A stretch of 24,000 nt of DNA from Azospirillum fermentarium (lineage in GTDB: Bacteria; Pseudomonadota; Alphaproteobacteria; Azospirillales; Azospirillaceae). Numbering within the stretch: position 1 is the first letter of the stretch; each line of letters opens with the position of its first letter. The stretch lies in assembly GCF_025961205.1 (NCBI RefSeq), contig NZ_JAOQNH010000002.1:1024208-1048207 (forward strand), given 5' to 3'. The notes beneath the pieces were generated by a model that saw only the letters and a list, made by a program, of their open reading frames with translations, made no database searches and had not been told where the DNA came from. Positions 16,681-24,000 of the stretch are shown in pieces. The translations under genes were made by a program, and so were the position numbers.

Positions 16681-19536
16681 ATGAAAGCTTTGTATGGGAC
16701 GCTGCTGGCGGGGGCATCGACGCTGGCGCTGTCGCTCGCCTGGACCGGCACCGCCACCGCCCAGACCGTCACGCTGGATGGAAGCGCAGGAAAGACGTCC
16801 TACACTCATTCCGGCACCCTGACGGGCGGCAACGGCAAGGCGGGCACCAGCGGGCTTCAGGGGGCCGGCGGCTCCGGGGACTGGAGCTCGGGCATCCGCG
16901 TCACCGGCACCAACATCACGGTCGATGTGGCATCGGGATCGGTCACCGGCGGCGTCGGCGGCAAGGGCGGCGATGCGGCCTCCCCCTACACCGGCGGGTC
17001 CGGGGGCAGCAGCTACGGCATCAACGTGCGGGGCGACCGCGCCTCGGTCACCGTCCGTGGGGGCGCCACCGTGTCGGGGGGCACGTCCGGCGACGGCGGC
17101 AGCGGCGCCAACGGCGGCAACAGCGGGGAAACCGCGGGTCTGCTGGTCTATGGGAACGACACCACCGTCGTCAATCAGGGCACCATCCAGTCCGGCACCA
17201 GCGGCACCGGCGGCAGCGCCCGTACCGCCGGCGGGCGCAACGGGAATTCCCTGGGATCCAACGCCGTGCGCATCGGCCTGGGCCTGAGCGGCACCCCGGG
17301 GTACGTGGGCGACCGCACCACGCTGACCAACGGCGGCAGCATCCTGGGCCGCAGCGGGAGCGGGATCGAGGTCTATTCCGCCGATACGGCGATCACCAAC
17401 ACCGGCACGATCTCGACGGACACCGGCCAGGCGGCCATCCTGCTCGCCCCCGGCAGCGGCCTGACCCGGATCACCAACCGGGGGACCATCGTCAACAGCA
17501 ACGCGTATGACAAGGACAGCCGCTGGGCCATCGGCAATTTCGGCGCCGGGGCCGAGATCACCAACTATGGAACGATCAAGAGCCAATCCTACGACGCTTC
17601 CGCGATTTCCAGCACGGGGAAGACGTCCATCGTCAACTACGGCACGATTCTGGGCGGCATCGACACCTCGGCCCGGGGCGATACCCTGACCTTCGACGGC
17701 AGCCAGGGCGGCGCCGCGTTCAGCGGCGGCGTCTGGGGCAACACCGAGGAGGCGAACCCCACCCACGCCACCATCTCGTTCCGCAACGGCGTGACCGAGT
17801 TCGTTGCGGCGCAGGGGATCGACACGGCCTATGACCGCAGCAACCGCCTGCGCATCGGCGACCAGCCGTCGGTGACCCTGACCGACCTCACCGCGGTGAG
17901 CATCACCTCGTCCAACACGGTGACCATCGAACGGGGCGGCGAACTGGCGCTGTCGTCGGCGAACGCCCTGATCAACAGCGACCGGGGCTTCGTCAACAAC
18001 GGCGTCTTCAATCTGGGCCGCCGCGTCGCCGTGATCGGCGGGTCGGTGCGGGACAACCCCGACGGCACGGTCACCGTCCTGCCCGGCGGTGCCATTTCCG
18101 GCAGCGGCGTCATCACGACCAAGGTCGGCTCGGGCCAGCACGGCTACATCATCGCCACCGCCAACCGGGCCGACGACTTTTCCAAGATGACCGTGGTTCC
18201 GGTGGTGGAAGGGACCGGGGTCAAGAACGGCTCCTCCTATGTGCTGGTCCAGAACTACGCCGGCACCGCCGCCGCCCCGACGGTGAGCAAGGCCGGCGGC
18301 TTCCTGTGGTCCTCGGCCGTCCAGACCGCCAGCGGACAGGTGGACAGCGACGGCGTGTCCTACGGCACCGCCAACAGCAGCATCATCATTTCCGCCTCGG
18401 CCAACGAGCTGATCGCCGGGGCCGCCGGCACCAGCGGCGCCCCGGTTCGGGCCCTGGCCGCCTATATGGGGCCGAACCCCGAACTGGCCGCCCTGTCGCA
18501 GGCGGTCAACAACCTGACCAGCGAAGCGGAGGTGCGCAAGGCCGGCGCCCAGCTCAGCCCCGAAACCAACGGCGCCACGGCCCAGGCGGCCATGGGCGCG
18601 GTCAACCAGGCGCTGACCACCGTCCAGGTCCGCTCCGACGCCGTGCGCACGGCCATGGCCGGCGAAACCGGTGTCGCCACCGGCGACGCACCGCTGACGG
18701 TGGGCGTCTGGGGCCAGATCTTCGGCTCCACCGCCACCCAGGGCCGGCGCAACGGCGTGGACGGGTACGGCAGCGACACCTATGGCGTGGCGTTCGGCGC
18801 CGACGGCATGGTGACGGACGAGGTGCTGACCGGCGTGTCCCTGGCCTATGCCCGCACCGGGGTGGACGCCGCCGGCGCCCGGACCGGCAGCGGCCAGGAC
18901 ATCGATTCCTGGATCGCCAGCCTGTACGGCACCTACAGCGCCCCGTCGTGGTACGTGGACGGCGCCCTGACGCTGGGGTGGCATGCCTATGACAGCACGC
19001 GCGTGGTCAATTTCGCCGGCATCCAGCCGCAGACGGCGCGCGCCTCCTACAACGGCTTCCAGTACGGGGCCAAGGCGGAGGTGGGCGTGCCGCTGGCCGT
19101 GGGCGGCGCCACGGTGACCCCGCTGGCCTCGCTGGCGTTCAGCCGGCTGCGGCAGGACGGGTACAGCGAAACCGGCGCCCCCGGGGCCAACCTGTCGGTG
19201 GAGGGCACCTCCACCAATTCGCTGAGGTCCGGGCTGGGGGCCAAGGTGTCGCTGGGCGCCCTGCCCGCCGACGGCTGGACGCTGACCCCGACGGCGCGGG
19301 CGGTGTGGCTGCACGAATTCAGCAGTTCGGCCCCCGACCAGACCGCCAGCTTCACCGCCGGCAGCACCCCCTTCACCACCACCGGCACCAGCCCGGCCCG
19401 CGACCACGCCAACCTCGGCGTCGGGCTGGACGCGGCCCTGTCGGGGCAGGTCACGCTGTCGGCCCGCTACGACGCCGATCTGGCACAGAGCTACGTGGGG
19501 CACAGCGGTTCGCTGCAGCTCCGCGTGAAGTTCTGA
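16681..19536 (+). CDS. Type Va autotransporter (beta-helical, glycine-rich passenger plus C-terminal 12-strand barrel domain)
   Basis: The signal peptide is MKALYGTLLAGASTLALSLAWTGTATAQ. Rung motifs of the form x-I/V-T/V-N-x-G-T-I recur (VVNQGTIQ, TLTNGGSI, AITNTGTI, RITNRGTI, EITNYGTI, SIVNYGTI). A barrel-type region runs from about nt 18700 (VWGQIFGSTATQ…) to the terminal …LQLRVKF, which ends in an aromatic residue. Confidence 0.85.
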   Translation: MKALYGTLLAGASTLALSLAWTGTATAQTVTLDGSAGKTSYTHSGTLTGGNGKAGTSGLQGAGGSGDWSSGIRVTGTNITVDVASGSVTGGVGGKGGDAASPYTGGSGGSSYGINVRGDRASVTVRGGATVSGGTSGDGGSGANGGNSGETAGLLVYGNDTTVVNQGTIQSGTSGTGGSARTAGGRNGNSLGSNAVRIGLGLSGTPGYVGDRTTLTNGGSILGRSGSGIEVYSADTAITNTGTISTDTGQAAILLAPGSGLTRITNRGTIVNSNAYDKDSRWAIGNFGAGAEITNYGTIKSQSYDASAISSTGKTSIVNYGTILGGIDTSARGDTLTFDGSQGGAAFSGGVWGNTEEANPTHATISFRNGVTEFVAAQGIDTAYDRSNRLRIGDQPSVTLTDLTAVSITSSNTVTIERGGELALSSANALINSDRGFVNNGVFNLGRRVAVIGGSVRDNPDGTVTVLPGGAISGSGVITTKVGSGQHGYIIATANRADDFSKMTVVPVVEGTGVKNGSSYVLVQNYAGTAAAPTVSKAGGFLWSSAVQTASGQVDSDGVSYGTANSSIIISASANELIAGAAGTSGAPVRALAAYMGPNPELAALSQAVNNLTSEAEVRKAGAQLSPETNGATAQAAMGAVNQALTTVQVRSDAVRTAMAGETGVATGDAPLTVGVWGQIFGSTATQGRRNGVDGYGSDTYGVAFGADGMVTDEVLTGVSLAYARTGVDAAGARTGSGQDIDSWIASLYGTYSAPSWYVDGALTLGWHAYDSTRVVNFAGIQPQTARASYNGFQYGAKAEVGVPLAVGGATVTPLASLAFSRLRQDGYSETGAPGANLSVEGTSTNSLRSGLGAKVSLGALPADGWTLTPTARAVWLHEFSSSAPDQTASFTAGSTPFTTTGTSPARDHANLGVGLDAALSGQVTLSARYDADLAQSYVGHSGSLQLRVKF

Positions 19537-19540
19537 TCCC

Positions 19541-20434
19541 ATGCGGACGGGGTTTGCCCTGGCCCTGTCCGCCCTGGCGGTGTGGCCCTCCCTGATGGGC
19601 TGCACCGCCACCGGCCGCCTTGCCGATGCGGACACCATCGCCGCATCGGCGGGGCTGGCGCGCGTGCGGATACCGGCGGCACCGTTCGTGCTGACGGCGT
19701 ATCTGCGCATCGGCGATCCCGCCGCCCCGGTGTCCGTCTATATCGAGGGCGACGGGCTGGCGTGGCTGTCGCGCACCGAACCGTCGCCCGACCCCACCCC
19801 GCGCTCCCCCGTGGCCCTGCGTCTGGCCGCCGCCGATCCCGCGGCCAACGTCGCCTATCTCGCCCGCCCCTGCCAATACACGCCGATGGCGGAGAACCCG
19901 GTCTGCGCCCCCGCCTATTGGACCGGCCGCCGCTTCGCGCCCGAGGTGATCGCCGCCACAGGCCGGGCGCTGGACGCCATTGCCGCCCGCACCACGCGGC
20001 GGGAGCTGCACCTGACCGGCTATTCCGGCGGGGGGGCGGTGGCGGTCCTGGCGGCGGCGGAGCGGGGCGGCGTGGCGTCCATCCGCACGGTGGCGGGCAA
20101 TCTGGACCACGGGGCGGTCAACCGCCTTCACCGGGTCAGCCCGTTGAACGGGTCGCTCAACCCCATCGACGCCGCACCACGGGTGGCCCGCATCCCGCAG
20201 ATTCATTTCAGCGGGGACAAGGACACGGTGGTGCCGCCGTCCATCGCCGCGGGATTCGCCGCCGCCGCCCCGTCGCCGTGCGTGCAGACCCGCACCATCA
20301 CCGGCGCCACCCACGCCGACGGGTGGGTGGAGCGGTGGCCGGAGTTGCTGGCGCAAACGCCGGCCTGCACGGACGGCCTGGCCCTCAGCCGATCCCCAGC
20401 CGCTCCTTCAGCGGCCCCAGGAAACGGCGGCTGA
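19541..20434 (+). CDS. Lipoprotein alpha/beta-fold hydrolase
   Basis: The lipobox is SLMGC. The nucleophile elbow is GYSGGG, and later GDKDTVV and GATHADGW give Ser-Asp-His in canonical order. The start lies 4 nt after the autotransporter stop. The 3' end overlaps the convergent lytT-like gene by 50 nt. Confidence 0.7.
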   Translation: MRTGFALALSALAVWPSLMGCTATGRLADADTIAASAGLARVRIPAAPFVLTAYLRIGDPAAPVSVYIEGDGLAWLSRTEPSPDPTPRSPVALRLAAADPAANVAYLARPCQYTPMAENPVCAPAYWTGRRFAPEVIAATGRALDAIAARTTRRELHLTGYSGGGAVAVLAAAERGGVASIRTVAGNLDHGAVNRLHRVSPLNGSLNPIDAAPRVARIPQIHFSGDKDTVVPPSIAAGFAAAAPSPCVQTRTITGATHADGWVERWPELLAQTPACTDGLALSRSPAAPSAAPGNGG

Positions 20435-21101
20435 CCGGGATCACCGGCCCGCCCGTGGTGTCGATTTCCGCCAGCCCGTCGCCGAGCAGGCGGATTTCAC
20501 GGATGCGGTCGGGGTTGACCAGGAACTGCCGGTGACAGCGCACCAGGGGGGTGCGCTCCTGCAAGATGTGCAGCGACAACTCGGTGAACAGTTCCCGCCC
20601 GTCCGCCGCCAGCACGAACACCCCGCCGGGGCGGGACGCGATGCCCTCCACCTCCTCCAGCTTCAGCAGGACGATGCGGTTCAGGCCGGTGCAGGGGATG
20701 TGGCGCAGGGGATCGGGGCTTTTCAGCGGCGCCATGTCCTGCGGCGCCCGGTCCCGGCGCAGGCGGCCCAGGGTCTTGTCCAGCCGCACCGGGTCCAGCG
20801 GCTTCAGCAGATAGTCGAAGGCGTTTTCCTCGAACGCGCGCACGGCGTAATCGTCGTGGGCGGTCAGGAACACGATGCGCGGCATGCGGCCGGGGTCCAG
20901 CATCCCCACCATCTCCAGCCCGCTGATGCGCGGCATCTGGATGTCCAGGAACACCACGTCGGGGGACAGGCGGTTGATGGCGCCGATGGCCTCCACCGCG
21001 TTGGCCGCCTCCCCCACCACCGCCACGTCGGCCACGCCGTCCAGGGCGCGGCGCAGCTCGCCGCGGGCCAGCGGCTCGTCATCGACGATCAGGATCCTCA
21101 T
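20385..21101 (-). CDS. LytTR-family response regulator (LytT/BtsR-like)
   Basis: The REC domain begins MRILIVDDEPLARGEL and includes …DVVFLDIQMP. The C-terminal part is LytTR-like (…VRCHRQFLVNPDRI…). The start overlaps the kinase stop (ATGA). Confidence 0.85.
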   Translation of the reverse strand: MRILIVDDEPLARGELRRALDGVADVAVVGEAANAVEAIGAINRLSPDVVFLDIQMPRISGLEMVGMLDPGRMPRIVFLTAHDDYAVRAFEENAFDYLLKPLDPVRLDKTLGRLRRDRAPQDMAPLKSPDPLRHIPCTGLNRIVLLKLEEVEGIASRPGGVFVLAADGRELFTELSLHILQERTPLVRCHRQFLVNPDRIREIRLLGDGLAEIDTTGGPVIPVSRRFLGPLKERLGIG

Positions 21102-22810
21102 GGGCGCACCGTTTCGGTCACGGGGGCTTCCTCCAGGGGCAGGCGCAGGGTGACGCGGGTGGACACGTCGGGCACGCAGGCGATGTCCACGCCCCAGCCG
21201 TCGCCGTAGCGGTCGCGCACCCGCCGGTCCACGATGGCCATGCCCAGCCCGTCGCCGCCGGGTTTGGGATCGTAGAGGCCGGCGTTGTCCTCCACCACCA
21301 GCCGCAGGGCGCCGCCGCCGCGGTCCGCGGAGATGCGCACATGCCCCGGCCCCAGAAGCTGGGAGGTGCCGTGCTTGATGGCGTTCTCCACCAGCGGCTG
21401 GAGCGAGAAGGCCGGCAGCATCACCCCGCGCAGTGCGTCGGGCAGGTCGATGTCCACCGTCAGCCGGTCGGCGAAGCGGGCCAGTTCGATCTGGAGATAG
21501 GCGTTCACATGCTCCACCTCGTCCGCCAGGGTCACCAGTTCGCTGGGGCGCTTCAGGTTCTTGCGGAAGAAGGTGGACAGGCTCTGCACCAGCGTGCGCG
21601 CCCGTTCCGGGTCGATGCGGATGACGGCGGAGATGGTGTTGAGCGCGTTGAACAGGAAATGCGGGTTGACCTGGGCGTGCAGCAGCTTGATTTCCGACTG
21701 GGCCAGCAGCGTCTTTTGCCGCTCGTAGCGCCCGGCCAGGATCTGGCCCGACAGCAGCTTGGCGATCCCCTCCCCCAGCGTGCGGTTGATGGTGGAGAAG
21801 ATGCGGGTCTTCGGCTCGTACAGCTTGACGGTGCCGATCACCTGCCCGCCGTCGCCGGCCAGCGGGATCACCAGCGCCGCCCCCAGCCGGCAGGCCGGGC
21901 TGAGGGAGCAGCGGTAGGCCACCTCGTTGCCGTCGGCGTAGATCACGCGGTTCTCGGCGATGGCCCGGTGGGTCATGGGCGAGGTGATGGGGGTGCCCGG
22001 CACATGGTGGTCGTCGCCCAGCCCGATGAAGGCCAGGATCTTGTCACGGTCGGTGATGGCCACAGCCCCCACCCCGGTTTCCTCGTAGATGATGCGGGCG
22101 ACGCGCATGGAGTTTTCCTGGTCGAAGCCCTGGCGCAGCACCCCGTCGCAGCGGGCGGCGATCTGCAGCGCCTTGGCGGAAAAGGCGCTGGACTGACGCT
22201 CGGCCAGCGCCCGCCGGTCCACCAGGATCAGCATGAACAGGGCGGCACCCAGCGTGTTGGCGATGATCATGGGGGCGGCCACCACCTGCACCACATGCAC
22301 CGCCGCCGGGAACGGGCGGGCCACCGCCAGGATGATCAGCATCTGGGTGATTTCCGCCACCAGCGTCACCGCGGCGATGCGCCAGGGGTCGAACAGCGGC
22401 TCCACCGTGCCGCGGCGGACGTAATGGCGGTGGACCATGCCGCCGATCAGCCCCTCCGCCACCGTGGACAGGGCGCAGGCCACCGCCGAGATGCCGCCCA
22501 GCGACCAGCGGTGCAGCCCCCCGGTCAGCCCCACCGCGAACCCCACCGATGGCCCCCCGAGGATGCCCCCCAGCACGGCGCCGATGGCGCGGGTGTTGGC
22601 GATCGAATCGTCGATCTGCAGCCCGAAATAGGTGCCCATGATGCAGAAGATGGAAAAGATGCCGTAGCAGGCCAGCTTGTGCCGCCACCGCACCGTCACC
22701 CGCATCACCGGCAGGAACAGCCGGGTGCGGCTGAGCAGATAGGCGATCACCAGATAGACGCACATCTGCTGAAGCAGCGACAGAACCAGGGTCAACGGTT
22801 CGGGCGTCAT
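21098..22810 (-). CDS. LytS/BtsS-type sensor histidine kinase (5TM-LYT, GAF, HisKA_3-like and HATPase domains)
   Basis: The N-terminal hydrophobic module is followed by a GAF-like middle region. The H-box region reads LLHAQVNPHFLFNALNTI, and the ATPase N and G boxes read VENAIKHG and DNAGLYD…GDGLGM. Confidence 0.85.
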   Translation of the reverse strand: MTPEPLTLVLSLLQQMCVYLVIAYLLSRTRLFLPVMRVTVRWRHKLACYGIFSIFCIMGTYFGLQIDDSIANTRAIGAVLGGILGGPSVGFAVGLTGGLHRWSLGGISAVACALSTVAEGLIGGMVHRHYVRRGTVEPLFDPWRIAAVTLVAEITQMLIILAVARPFPAAVHVVQVVAAPMIIANTLGAALFMLILVDRRALAERQSSAFSAKALQIAARCDGVLRQGFDQENSMRVARIIYEETGVGAVAITDRDKILAFIGLGDDHHVPGTPITSPMTHRAIAENRVIYADGNEVAYRCSLSPACRLGAALVIPLAGDGGQVIGTVKLYEPKTRIFSTINRTLGEGIAKLLSGQILAGRYERQKTLLAQSEIKLLHAQVNPHFLFNALNTISAVIRIDPERARTLVQSLSTFFRKNLKRPSELVTLADEVEHVNAYLQIELARFADRLTVDIDLPDALRGVMLPAFSLQPLVENAIKHGTSQLLGPGHVRISADRGGGALRLVVEDNAGLYDPKPGGDGLGMAIVDRRVRDRYGDGWGVDIACVPDVSTRVTLRLPLEEAPVTETVRP

Positions 22811-22830
22811 GGCGTTCCCCTGAAAGCGAA

Positions 22831-22870
22831 AAGGGGGAGGAGGGGACCGGGCGGCCCCCTCCTCCCCCTT
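22831..22870 (-). terminator. Rho-independent terminator of guaB
   Basis: A perfect 15-bp stem, aagggggaggagggg / cccctcctccccctt, carries a 10-nt loop. It begins 13 nt after the guaB stop and is followed on the minus strand by TTCGCTTTC. Confidence 0.6.
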
Positions 22871-22883
22871 CAGAACGCGGAAA

Positions 22884-24000
<1,117 letters not shown>

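Noticed and set aside
16603-19710. A 1035-aa ORF on the minus strand, antisense to the autotransporter.
   Set aside because: The translation is a monotonous Gly/Ala/Arg/Pro/His string with no motifs. The plus-strand frame has a signal peptide, periodic beta-helix rungs and a barrel domain ending in Phe. This is a typical shadow ORF of a high-GC gene.

Overview
The window is a densely coding, high-GC bacterial chromosomal segment. My hand counts over sample stretches give about 70% G+C. Gene content suggests a soil or rhizosphere alphaproteobacterium, but the taxon cannot be verified here. All family calls rest on motifs I could read in the supplied translations; no database search was possible.

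I support 20 protein-coding genes and saw no rRNA, tRNA, CRISPR array or IS element.

**Positions 1-14.3 kb: a sulfur-scavenging neighbourhood.**
- A partial acyl-CoA-dehydrogenase-fold flavoprotein lies at the left edge.
- A lower-GC (about 57%) gene encodes a signal-less trypsin-like protease with an unassignable N-terminal region.
- A minus-strand six-gene cluster is tightly coupled at four of its five junctions. It joins a TauABC-type ABC importer to a threonine-synthase-like PLP enzyme, a HAD phosphatase and an Ldh_2-family dehydrogenase.
- A canonical ssuA-D-C-B alkanesulfonate operon follows.
- A domain-minimal sigma-54 activator (SfnR-like) is transcribed divergently from ssuA.
- The 593-nt gap between ssuA and the activator holds two near-identical -24/-12 (sigma-54 type) elements, both pointing at ssuA. 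It also holds a perfect 14-bp stem inverted repeat.

**Positions 14.3-20.4 kb: a plus-strand block.**
- An MFS transporter is translationally coupled to a LuxR solo whose ligand pocket is non-canonical.
- A 71-aa protein consisting only of a LuxR-type HTH follows.
- Next come a 951-aa type Va autotransporter and a tightly linked lipoprotein alpha/beta hydrolase.

**Right end.** A LytS/LytT two-component pair and the 3' part of guaB.

**Most noteworthy leads.**
1. The importer plus ThrC-like/HAD/Ldh_2 cluster may be an undescribed organosulfonate route.
2. The sigma-54/SfnR-like wiring of ssu includes a second distal promoter-like element and a long non-coding GC-rich spacer.
3. The low-GC orphan protease has a palindromic operator-like site.
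4. A 22-bp x4 tandem repeat copies the 3' end of the permease gene.
5. A 25%-GC patch containing an A8 tract sits inside the LuxR ligand-binding domain.
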